64,000 nucleotides of DNA from Antedon mediterranea (lineage: Eukaryota; Animalia; Echinodermata), in the NCBI RefSeq assembly GCF_964355755.1, contig NC_092679.1, positions 13,809,432 to 13,873,431 on the forward strand, read 5' to 3'. The number at the start of each line of letters is the position of its first letter. Positions within the stretch are counted from its first letter, which is position 1. This document shows positions 52,601 to 64,000 of the stretch, piece after piece. Both the position numbers and the translations under genes were made by a program. A model generated the notes under the pieces. That model was given only the letters and a program-made list of their open reading frames with translations. It made no database searches and was not told the origin of the DNA.

Positions 52601-52709
52601 AAAATAGCCAAAGTTATAACAAACGCAACACTTCATGTTAACAAATATTTCTGTTTAAATAGAATAGATTAACGTATTTATATTTATATATACGATAATG
52701 TTACTGAAG

Positions 52710-55700
52710 CTAAATAATAATATTGTTTTCTTCAATCTGCGATTCGTCCGGGTCATCATCGATTTGGAGAAGCAGTACACCCCTTTCTTGGTGACAGCAG
52801 TCTGTTTTGAGTTTCTTTAAAAAATCAACTAAGAATGAGAAAAACAGATTTAAATTTAATTAAAAGTACACACAACTTAATTTGTTAAAGCTGTTGACCA
52901 AATATGGTTTAATGTGCCAATATTTACACAGTTAGGATATAAACATTATATACGATAGATATCGTACCTGTTACCACCAGCATGATAGACACGTTCAGCA
53001 TAATTAGGATAACGGGAGTTATCTTGTGAAGTAAACCAATGACGTCATCTTCATTGAAACTCTGATCCAAGTTTACGATCGCCCCAATGGATAGATTGAC
53101 AACGATAAAGACAAGAGTCAACAATTGGAATCTCTGCTCTGACTTCTCTTTCATTGGTTCAAGGTACAAATGCAATACAATAAATATGACAGTAAAAAAT
53201 AGAGAGTAAGACAAACTTGAGGACACGTCATCTTTCAAGTTTGCAATGAGTGCCAACAGAGCCTTGTTGTACAGCTCAAATGATTCCCAAAACCAAAATG
53301 TGTGCTTGTATTGTCCACAAAAGAACCTTACTCCAATCATCCACCCTTTACTCTGATTTTTCTTCTGTTGATCACAACGTACATTTTTATAGTATAGCAT
53401 AAGAACTATGACCAATGGAAAACCAATGATGTATGTTAAAGCAACGTAAACAAGTGTTTTGTTAGTTTGATACGTAGATCCACCATTTTGGTTCATATCA
53501 ATGGAGTAGTCTGACGTTAGTACTGTTTTATTGACCTTTCCGTCTGCTGTGACGTTAAATACACGAATTGACCATGGCCCCACTGCTAATATATCAGCAC
53601 ATGTATTTGCATACGTAAGGTAAAGGAGCAACATGGATATAACAATACATCTATCACGTATGCAACTCTCAGTTACTGCTCCATGACACTTATTCCAGAT
53701 GTAGCAAATGAAGTAAATGGTAGACATAGTCAACAGTATGACTAGTGGTGTAGCCATAGCAATATGAAGGGAGGAATACGCATTCCAAGAGTCGTATAAA
53801 CATATTGGACTTAACATACTAATATATCTTATGACGTCAAAATATTGAAGTATTTGGCCAGCATACTCAAAGTTTTTAGGCCAATGAATGTCGGTTACTT
53901 CTGATAGTATACCTAAGACTTGATAAAAATTAATAGAAATTTTTAAATAGGTAACAAATGAATCTAGGCCGGTTTGTCTTCGATCCACATTTCTTTCCTG
54001 CATTCTCCATAAAAGTAAAATCATTCCAATTATTGCAAAGGCAACACTAACAAATATAATTACAGTTACAGCAGCTCCTTGACATTTGTGACATTCGTTA
54101 AACAGCTCATAATGTCCATTAGAACATGCTGCACAAAGCCAACCTGTGTACCCTTCGACACAAGTGTCATTAAATTTTAGTCCAATATTACAACTTTTTT
54201 CGCCTAGTGGACAAGCATAAACTTTTGGTAACGGACCTCTGTATACAGCATCTTTCAGTTGATTTGGGTTGGTAATAGGAAAAATGTCGTTTTTTAATTT
54301 AGTTACAAATGTTGTGTAAGCCAATAAACAGTTTTTATATTGTTCTTCGCCTACTCTACAGTCACCATGAAAGTCCCACGACCACCAGTAACCTTTTGTT
54401 AGATTCTGATATCCTCCTTCACAGTTAATACCCTCTGAGCAGGGCATGCATGGCCCAAATCGATCAGTTCGATGGAAATTGTCAAGGCAATAACATGCAT
54501 TTAGATTGGCAATATTATTGGTTTTAGTTCCTGATGGACAAGTCTGACAACCGGCAATGGACGCTGCTCCTGCATTATTTGAAAAACTTCCAAGAGGACA
54601 TCGTTGACAGGAATCTTTGTAACCACCCTTTTCATTTACTCCTCGTTTATCTTGATAGAAACCACCTGTAACATTTTATTTTTATTTATAAGTACCCGTC
54701 GTTGTTTTATTGTTATATACTTTTACTATTAATTATTATTATATAACACCTATATAAATTCCTGTCATTTGATTGGACGAATGTGGGTCACATGGCGTGC
54801 AATAGTACGCACTATTCAACGATCGTTAAATAATATAATAATATTTGTATACTATTTACTGTCATAACTAAATTAGAGAGATTATTATATTGCACCATAC
54901 CTGGTGGGCATTTTCCACATTTGGTGCTATCATACAAACGGTATGTCCCTTCCTTACACGGACTGCATTTACTCGTCATGGAATTACATGTCAAACCTAT
55001 TTCTCTACCGATAATACTTAACAGCTCCTTTTCGAATCCTTTTATTTCGATTTCTGTACCTTCTGTAACACAAACACTAGCAAAAACAATTAGTTTGTAA
55101 TTCTACATGCAATTATATTGATTCAATTATATCTATTCTGTGTATAGTACTATACATATATTACCTACTTAGAGGTGAAATATCAGATTTGACATCCACG
55201 TGGGAATGATTCCTTTTATTGTTTGTTAGGCAGGATAGTCAGATGCTCACATCACTATGACACTTGTGAATAAATAGTTAGCTTGTCTTGACAAGTTAGT
55301 GAAACAGTGTGGTGATGTGAGATTCCGTTTTTCGGACTTTTTCTGTTGTGTTTAACAGGGGTGTCACGAAACCTAAGACCACGAAAGCTAAGACCCCCTA
55401 AGACCTAAGATCACGAAAGCTAAGACCCAAGACCTAAGATTACAAATTCTAAGATATACTACAGCTTAAAAACAATACTTGTTTATCCATACATAATTTT
55501 AAACACAGTAGGTTTCATTTATTACCATAAATATAATTAAATACTACCGCAAAACATAGATAAACTCACATTATTTTCGCCCGTTGAGTAAATGTATATT
55601 TTTTTCCTTACAACAAACAAACTTGACGGGTTGTTTGTTGGTATATATTTACTCCATTGTGTTGGTTCAGAGGATGTTTTTCTTACGCACCTGCCTTTCT

Positions 55701-58700
55701 TGTATTTTGACTCCAAATTTGTTGACTAACTTTATCCTGAATACCACACTTTAAAATTAGGATTTATAAGTACTTTGAGACGGAGAAACACATAAAAACA
55801 AATAAATAAATCCTTTAAATTGATGATTTTACAGACATGTTTCTTTGTATACTGTAACTCCTCGAGCTCCCCCCCCCCCCCCATGCTCAATGTTTTTGTT
55901 TCTATGGAGCGCCAAAAGAGCAACAATAATAGTACAAGTATAAAAACAGAAAGAAAACGAAACAAATCATGATTTTTAAATTAAAATTTATTTGCCAGTA
56001 TTTATTTCTTCGTACTTGCATGATTATACTATTATCATTACAATTTTAATTTTACATTGTTCCATCCACACTGTAGATGGACTCCACAGAGTTTTCAGCC
56101 CTCTATATCATTTTTGCTCTTTTGAAGTTCCATAGAAACAAAAACATTGAACATGGTAGGCCTACTGCTACTGTACTGCTGTAGGCTAGTCATGCGAAAT
56201 TCGCAAACAGTTTGTGTGCGAGAAAAACGTCTGTAAAATCATCAATTTAAAAATGTATTTGTTACTTTTTATGTTATTCTTTTTCATAAAAGTGCCAATT
56301 CTAAGGTGTGGTATTCAGAATAAATGTTGGGAGTTAAAATACAAGGCAGGTGCAAAAGATAAATATTTGTAATCTTGGGTCTTAGCTTTCGTGATTTTAG
56401 GTCTTAGGGGGTCTTACCTTTCGTGGTCTTAGGTTTCGTGACACCCTGTTAAACAGCGTATATAGACTATCTGTATTTTGCGCTATATAAAATTAAAACC
56501 ATAAAACCATAAACCATATTTTTCTCGAAGGACTATCTATTTCACGAAGCGAAGAATAACATAAGCGAGTCATATGGCCGAGCGGTTAAGGCAGGGGCGC
56601 CGTTTACCGTACCTAAAGAGCCAACAACAACATCGGCAAGGGTTCGAGGCCGACTCCCTCCTAGTTCTGGTGGTGGAAGTTTTCTCGGATAAGGACTATA
56701 AACCGTAGGTCCAGTGTACACAGTTATAACCTGTGTGTACTTTAAAGAACCCAGTTCATTATTCGAAAAAGAGTAGGGGGTTACCCCGGTGAACTGGTTC
56801 ACACAATAGCCCCTGTATCAGGGGGATTACCACCTATCTGATAGGACAGTGATTAATTCACTATTGGTAATCCTTGGCCACATTGCCTAAAGACATAAAA
56901 TAAAAATAAATAAAATAAATAACATTCTTTTTCAAATCTTATATTTCACCGAAATAAAAGGTGATATTTGTTATATTATATAGCCAGATATCAGTTTCCC
57001 CTTACCTTGTACATATTAGAAAGGTAACTAAAAAATATAGATAAAATCAATACATCAAATCTTTTATTTTAAGTGTATTTACATGTTAATAAATTTCCCG
57101 ATGTTTGAAGGAATCGATTTCAGTCCACAGCAGTTGAGATATCTAAATAAAAATAACATGATTAATGCATATGTTGTAACAAAGCATAGTAGCACGTTGT
57201 TAACACATTGCAATGGTGAATGATGCTGATGAGAATGATGCGACGATCATTGATGATAAAAAGATTGATAAATATACCGAGGATGATGATGACGGTTCAA
57301 TCGTGGTGAAATTGAAATTATCATTATCTTTTGTAAATTGTTTTGACTTAAAAACTAAAAACAATAATATACTAATGTACATACACTGTTCCCTTTTCTA
57401 TCATATGTGATAGAGCATTTTCCTCGATCTGTTTTATTGGATTGTCAAATAGATATCTGGAGGAAAATATGAACTTTTTTTGTTATTTTAATACTTAATT
57501 TGAATCATTAAACTGTGATTAAAATGTAATAGAAAAAAGTTTAACTTTAAAGTACCTATCATCGAGTATTTATTTTATCTTAGGCTAAAAAAGTATTAAA
57601 AAAAAATCTCACATGTATTCCAGTGTTGTGTTTTGGGTTTCCAATGTTTTATACGTAATGTTGGAAATTTTATTCCCATAGAGGAATCTGCAGGTTAGAA
57701 AAACAATTATATTAATATAAATTAAGACAATATCAATGCAATTAGTGTTTGTCCCTGTATTGTTAGTAAAAAAATGATTTACTTGTTTTAGTGCATGTGT
57801 GTAGTAGGCATACTGTACAATTGCATACACCATGGATAGATGGATATGTATCGACGGTGACATCAAACGCGCTTGCCTATACTAAAGCACTGCTGCAAAC
57901 ACGCTCCTTGAACTCCATGTCTCTAATCGCGCCCTCTATAGAACGCTGCGAATCAACTGTTTTTTCGACAACAAAACTTACCCATGTAGAAATCGTTTGC
58001 GCAGTCTGATTGTTATATTGGCATATCTGCGTCGAGAATTAATTGACAACAAGATATTGGTATGTTTGAATTTATTGAAGAGTGGAAAATAAACGAAACG
58101 AAACGAACATCCATGCATACACATATAGTATTCCACACAAACATTATAGTGACAACAATGTTGGAGCATACAATGATAGATTCATGCAAACAAAATACTA
58201 TTTAATAAATAATGCACATGCTAAAGGTGTAGGCCCGTATGTAATAACAATTTAACACGATAGCGTAAGCCTATTTCAGTTACAGTTGGACAACGGAGAG
58301 CAAACGTAACATATGTTAGGTTAAGGCTGGTTTCCTGTCGACGTAAGAAGTCGAATTTTGCAACGATTCTTGCGTTTCATACGTTTCTTACGTCTCTTAC
58401 GAAAGTTGAGAAAAAATTGACGTCGTTGACGTTAGTCAAGATCGTGTCGGGCCGCAGAGAAACATCTGTAGTTATGCTGCTCCCGAAAGTTGAAATTTTG
58501 GCTGTGAAACACACGTCGTATGCTTACGTCGATTTTAGTGTTGTTACGAAAGTTGAAATTTTTTTCTTACGTCGGTCGGATTTATGACGTATTTGAAACA
58601 ACATCTCTGATTGGTGTTTCTTTTTAGAGCGGGTTTTATCATTTTTCGCGCAAAATGTTGAATGTTGTTATTGTAGCCTACCTGTCAGTGCAGCACACCA

Positions 58701-61011
58701 ACATGTTATTTTCAGTAGATAAGCTAGGTCCTAGTATTAGTAAAATACTTAATTAATACTGTATGGTACCGTACTAATAGGAATTGATTTGACCAAATAA
58801 TCAAACTAGCCTAGGCTAGTAGGCCTATGTATTATTTGTATGAATCAAAATATGAATTAATTATCCTGGCCCTCTAGGCCTAGCCTTAAATAGTTTTCAA
58901 AATTAAAAAAAGGCAAATCATTTCGAGATTCCTATTATTATTAGACCTACCTAGGCCCTAGACTAGGCATTGGCCTATTGGCCTATAAGCATATATAATC
59001 GAGCATGAGATAGTACTACCGCAGTAAGATACCCATTATTTACAGGCCTAATCTATATATAAATTTACGTAAGGGCAAAATTCGGTAAATCGCGCTTTAC
59101 TTCTAGAATTTTTACTCGATGGTATATAAAGTTGGTTCGTACTTTCGGTACTGATTTTAACCACCTGATGTAACCCTGTTTACTAATTAAATTAAGTTAG
59201 ATAATTAGTTATTGACGATTAAAACGAATTTAGGTTCAACGATTTGCCCCAAATAGGGGTGTTTTCCGATCGTGGTATACAGTGTCTAATAATGGATGTC
59301 CATCTTGAAAAATACCCGCCACAAAAATGCGAGGAGGCTTCGCATTTTCCTATCTCCTCCTACGATAATTGTTTTTAATAGCTGAAAACCGGTTGAACAG
59401 CTAGAGTACAGAATCATAATGTTGAAGACAGGCCGATTTTCTTTAAAAAATACTATTTTGATTTAATATACGATTATACAAATGTATTGATTTGCGATGA
59501 ATGGAACATCCCAATCTCTCAGTCTGCCAGAGTTTGGTTTAACACAAGTAGGTAAATTTATGAGCCCTTGGTTTAACACATACGGTAGGTAAATATATGG
59601 GCCCTTTGAGAATAAACTTGAACAATACTGTAAATACCTATTATAATTACCTATTTTTGGTCCTCATTTGAATCGAACATTTCTTACTGTGAATGTTCGT
59701 ACTGTTAGATGTAATATAAAAATATATACAAATAAACTTATTACTGAGATTGTGGATAGGCTCTACTGTTAGATATATAAACACATTATTATATACAAAT
59801 AAACTATACTGACATTTCCTTCTCAACGTTTGTATTAATTAATAATTACCAAAAATATAAACGTCGTAGTGGTGTATCGTGACTATATTTCAATCGATTA
59901 TGACAATGACAGTTTTAACAAAGTATTAAATCGCAAATGTTTTACTGTATTTAGAGGTATATTATTTATAGGCCTATAAAACATGAAAAAAATATTTCGT
60001 TACTGAGTGCATAAAGAATATATTTAAAAATTGTTACATCTAATGTTACATCTCTCTGGTTACATACAAAACACAAATTGGGTTTCTTTAAATGAGTCCA
60101 AATCAAAAATTTGGACTCATTTTGTGATAAGTTTTTCCTTCGGAAGTAATTCCCAGGGTGCTAATTTTAGTTGACTACATAAATCATAGTCCTGCGGTAC
60201 GTACATTTGAAATCGCCAGTTTTGCTACTCTGAAATTACTATGTATTCGAGAACCATCGAGTAAGAATAAATTTAACAAAACAATATAAATTATACAAAA
60301 TCAAGCAAACAATTTTTTGTTAAAGTTACATATTAATATTATATTGCTTACAGGGGCTTTCTATATCTTATCTTGTTGCAAATGTTCATTTTCGCGACGT
60401 TTCTACCGATGCTGATTGTTTATTGCACGTCCATAAATAAGAGTATTATATTTTGATATGAGTTGTAAACTCCCTGATTAGAACATGATTAGGCTAAAAT
60501 TATAGTAGTAAATACATACAAATGTTATTGTCCGGCTTTATTTCACTATAAGGACATACACATTACGTCATAACTCTTGTCGCTCATTGGTTGCTTGTTA
60601 CGATTGCGCTTACGTCTCTTGCAAAAGTTGACTTCAAGTCAACTTTCGTAAGAGACGTAAGAAACGTGACGCAAGGGCTTTCATTCAAGCGTAAGATAAA
60701 AAATCCCGGTTTCCTGTAAAATCGGAAGAAAACGTCGTAACGCAACAATTGTTAGGTCATCGGTTTCCTGTAAAATCGTTTGTCGTTACCATTTTTCTTA
60801 CGTTGCGTCGATTTTATAAATTTTCGATCGTAATCGGTTTCCTGTAAAATCCGCATTTCTTACGACAAATCGACGTAGTCGCAACAAAAGTGATGTTCTT
60901 ACGTCGACAGGAAACCAGCCTTAATACATAACATTTGCTTACAGAAAATAAAGATTAGTTCCATTGAACGCTCCATCTTCTATAAATGTAATGTTGTTGT
61001 GTACAAGAAAT
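52710..61011 (-). CDS. Gene B: 3' portion of an LRR + Cys-rich (TNFR/ephrin-receptor-like repeats) + multi-pass (~9 TM) receptor-like protein; 5' exons lie beyond the window
   Basis: Exons 61011-60943 (FLVHNNITFIEDGAFNGTNLYFL), 57687-57613, 57456-57385, 57142-57083, 55076-54901 (CSPCKEGTY..CGKCPPG), 54665-52968 (GFYQD..CQRCPLGSF..; TM region) and 52828-52710. All have canonical splice sites, matched phases and an open frame. Confidence 0.9.
55359..56446. mobile_element. Foldback MITE (MULE-like) in a gene B intron
   Basis: GGGTGTCACGAAACCTAAGACC.. TIRs with internal subrepeats; flanks TGTTTAACAG/TGTTAAACAG (10 bp, one mismatch); internal sequence also inverted. Confidence 0.8.
56565..56918 (+). 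mobile_element. tRNA-derived SINE with a Deu/Nin-type central domain
   Basis: Box A TGGCCGAGCGG, box B GGTTCGAGGCC, core CTCGGATAAGGACTATAAACCGTAGGTCC..AAAGAACCC..GAAAAAGAGTAGGGG, A-rich tail, possible TSD AATAACAT. Confidence 0.8.
58325..60920. mobile_element. 2.6-kb non-autonomous TIR element (Harbinger- or Kolobok-like) with a nested Helitron-like repeat
   Basis: TTAA|GGCTGGTTTCCTGTCGACGTAAGAA ... TTCTTACGTCGACAGGAAACCAGCC|TTAA; TIR resembles the 6479-6665 MITE. Confidence 0.8.
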
Positions 61012-61104
61012 CTGAAAAATATAACAATTATATTTTAGTTAGATTTCAGAGCTACACTAACGGTACAGTGAACATAGTTTTAACATTTATACTTTTTAAA
61101 TTTA

Positions 61105-61345
61105 AATTGTTTGAAACAAATGTAAATATGGGGAAATAACCTGCGACAAGTGAACGGAAGATGAACTTGATTCTTTACAGCTCACACGAGTCAGATGTGT
61201 ACACTGAACCACCAGTTTCAAGTCCTTATCCGAGAAGACTTTTAATTCTACAACCAGACCAATAATCGAGGATTGCCTTGAACCTTTACCGATTGTATAG
61301 TTATTGTTCCGGAGCACCCGCCTTTACCGCTTTACCGAAAACGAC
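61105..61345 (-). mobile_element. Degenerate Deu/Nin-type SINE
   Basis: Minus strand GCGGTAAAGGC..GGTTCAAGGC..TTCTCGGATAAGGAC..CAGTGTACAC..AAAGAA. Confidence 0.6.
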
Positions 61346-61566
61346 CAAATAGTATACGAAATAGCTGTATTCAAAGCTTAACTCTAACATTTTACACTCA
61401 GAATTAGAATATTCTGTTGATTAGAACTTGTGCCAAATTGTAGGCTAAATGACGTTAATACATCCTGGATAAGTTTCAGAGATAAGCTTTTATTATGTAT
61501 AAATAATTATGTTATAATAAGTATATTGGCTTGCTTTTCATGATCTGTCACGACACTAGTCTACCA

Positions 61567-61867
61567 TTATCTTTCAATCTGGAACCAGCAACAGACTTCT
61601 CAGACTTTTGATTAATTTTCATAACTTCTCGTTGGCCATATTTTTACCATTAGATGATCTTTTCACAGATACCGTCTGTTCTACATAGATCCAATATTAA
61701 CGGTCATTTGAGCACTCTTCGTCCCGACTAATTATCTTTCAATCTGCAACCAGCAACAGACTTCTAAGACTTTTGATTAGTTTTCATAACTTCTCGTTGG
61801 CCATATTTTTACCATTAGATGATCTTTTCACAGAAACCGTCTGTTCTACATAGATCCAATATTAACG
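61567..61867. repeat. Tandem duplication (~136 bp, 165-bp period)
   Basis: 61567-61702 is nearly identical to 61732-61867. Confidence 0.85.
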
Positions 61868-62021
61868 CCTGAGTGAGCGTTACATGCCCCTTTTTAGTTT
61901 CTTATACTTAATTACACAGAAGAGGTTAGCAGTTTCCACTTTGTATAGAGTGTATTCTTCCTCTTGATCTTCTAGTTGTGTTTACTTTGATACACATATC
62001 GATAGTTGGCTCTTGATAGTT

Positions 62022-64000
62022 TAATAATAATAATAATAATAATAATAACAGGATTTTTTATAGCACACATACCACTCAAGAGTGCTTAAGGCGCATTCAA
62101 AAAAATAGAAACAAATCATACAAATGCCTGAAAAATAAAATGCAATTTCTTTGGAGGGTCCCCATCCGTTCGCGTTCTGTCGCGGCCCCGGACCCCTACC
62201 TAGGTGACCAAACAAAGGAACAGGATACACATTTGCCTTGTCACAGACGACCGGGTGCTCAGAGACAACAACCAAGACAGAGGCACCCCAAAGATAATGC
62301 TGGTCAGGAAAAAGTATACTATACAATTCTAGAACTTTAAGAAACCTTGATTTCCATATGCATTAATGAATAAATGTGCTTTTAATAATTTTTTAAAAGT
62401 ATCAACCGTTTTGCAAAATCTGATAGAGCTCGGTAGAGCATTCCATAGACGAGGAGCAGTAACGGTGAAAGCCCTGTCTCCCCATGAGTGGTGAGACTTA
62501 GGTTGACGTAGAAGCAGCGTATCACTAGAAAGCAGATTTCGTCTGGGAACATACAGCCTAAGCATGTCAGAAATATATTCAGGAGCCATGCCATTGATAG
62601 ACTTAAAAACATAGAGTAATATTTTAAAAACAATGCAGTACCTAACGGGAAGCCAATGCAAAGTTTCCAAGGTATTTGATATGTGTGCATATCTTGGAAG
62701 TTTTTTAACAACTCGTGCCGCTGTATTTTTGAATCAGCTCAAGCCTGGGGAGTTGTTTTTGTGGGAGACCAAATAACAAGGAGTTACACATATCGAGACG
62801 CGAACTAACAAATGCATGTACAAGTTGCTCAGCAGCTGCACGATTTAAGTATTTTCTGAAGCCTCGAATATTTCTTAAATGATATGACGATGCAGACGTA
62901 ATTTTAGAAATATGAGCCGTCATTGTCATATTAGAATCCAGAATTACACCAAGATTTCTAACTTGTGTAGTATTTTTAGTACAAAAGTTACCAATGGAAA
63001 CCCTCCTAGAGAATTTTCTCTAATTGTTGTTGCGAACCAACTAGAATGTACTCAGTCTTATCATCATTAAGTTTTAAAAAGTATTTGGCCATCCAGATAC
63101 GAATTTCAGAGATACATTTTCAAGCAAATCAATTGATAATTCACTCTGTGTCATGGTAGGTTTAAACGATATATATATATATCTGAGTGTCATCAGCGTA
63201 AACATGATAGCTAAGATTATATTTCTTAATGATATCACGAATAGGATATACATAAATTGTAAACAATTGTGGACCTAACACAGATCCTTGCGGAACAGAG
63301 AAATTTAAAGTGGTAGGTTGAGAGATTACCTCTCTAATACAAATGTGTTGAGGTCTGTCCGCCAAGTATGATTGACACCATCTTCGTGCACATCCCTCAA
63401 CACCAATAGAAGCATGCAACCTCTCAATCAGAATACTATGATCTACCTTATCAAACGCAGCACTCAAATCAAGTAAAATTAAAGCAGTTACTTTTCCAAC
63501 ATCCATCGCACAAAGTATATCATTGCTAACGCGCAGCAGTGCAGTTTCAGTACTGTGATGTGCTTTATACGCTGATTGAAACGGATCAAGTAAAGAATTA
63601 TCCTTTACATGTGATAGTATACGTTTAGATTACTTTTCCAAGAAAACACAGATTTGATACTGGTCTGTAATTGGATAAGTTTTCAAGATCAAGACCCGAT
63701 TTCTTTAATTGAGGACGTATGTGCGAGATTTTACAAATATCTGGGAAAACCCCAGTTTCCAAAGACAGATTAACGACACGTGTAATTAGTGGAACAAAAA
63801 CAACAGCATTTCTCTTAATTAACAGAGTAGGAACTGGATCAAGACTGCAAGATTTAGCAGGCGAGTTTTTGACAATTTCAGAAATTTCCTTTTCACTTGC
63901 AGGTTCAAATTTACAGAGGTAGGGACAATTATAATTTTCACAGCATACGTCGTTATTAAAGTAATGAGACAAACTTCCAGCACTATCTTTAACAAGAAGT
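62022..64000 (-). mobile_element. L2-clade LINE, degenerate ORF2 and 3' end; continues off the right edge
   Basis: KSCSLDPVPT, NYRPVSNL, LLDLSAAFD, VPQGSVLGP, YADDTQIY, LHWLPV, APRLWNALP; GCGCCTTAAG..GCTATAAAA..(ATT)n tail; frameshifts. Confidence 0.93.

Noticed and set aside
52924-54447. 507-aa track ORF as a standalone gene
   Set aside because: It is part of internal exon 54665-52968; its start Met and C-terminal residues come from ignoring splicing
56565-56660. tRNA gene
   Set aside because: A and B boxes are present but there is no cloverleaf, and it runs into a SINE body and tail
57006-57027. Possible 22-nt micro-exon (AG|TTACC..AAG|GTAAG) in gene B
   Set aside because: It would shift the phase; exon 57142-57083 already splices in frame to 55076
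57982-58027. Possible ~45-nt phase 2-2 exon (YANITIRLRKRFLH) in gene B
   Set aside because: Not LRR-like, weak acceptor, not needed for the frame

Overview
AT-rich, intron-containing animal genomic DNA; probably a marine invertebrate, and echinoderm-like by repeat style (inference only). Host genes are all on the minus strand. (A) The 5' part of a signal-peptide/LRRNT/LRR gene at 5397->213 runs off the left edge and has a recently tandem-duplicated LRR exon. (B) The 3' part of an LRR + Cys-rich + ~9-TM receptor-like gene at 61011->52710. A truncated pseudogene copy of B lies at 12.5-14.5 kb. (C) A 3-exon, 228-aa basic, disordered orphan gene at 16689->15511 has a duplicated first exon. The rest is layered mobile DNA. 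A young full-length BEL/Pao LTR retrotransposon (37383-44510) has two in-frame TAGs. A CR1-group LINE (21552-35281) carries three nested insertions: an 8.2-kb palindromic foldback with a 7-bp TSD, a solo LTR and a MULE-like MITE. Also present are an Academ-derived foldback, L2 and Deu/Nin-type SINE copies, Helitron/HINE-like repeats and several MITEs. Two tandem type I hammerhead ribozyme motifs, 274 nt apart (35338-35656), form a retrozyme-like repeat into which the LINE inserted. All coordinates and alignments were read by eye; family names come from recalled hallmarks, not database searches.
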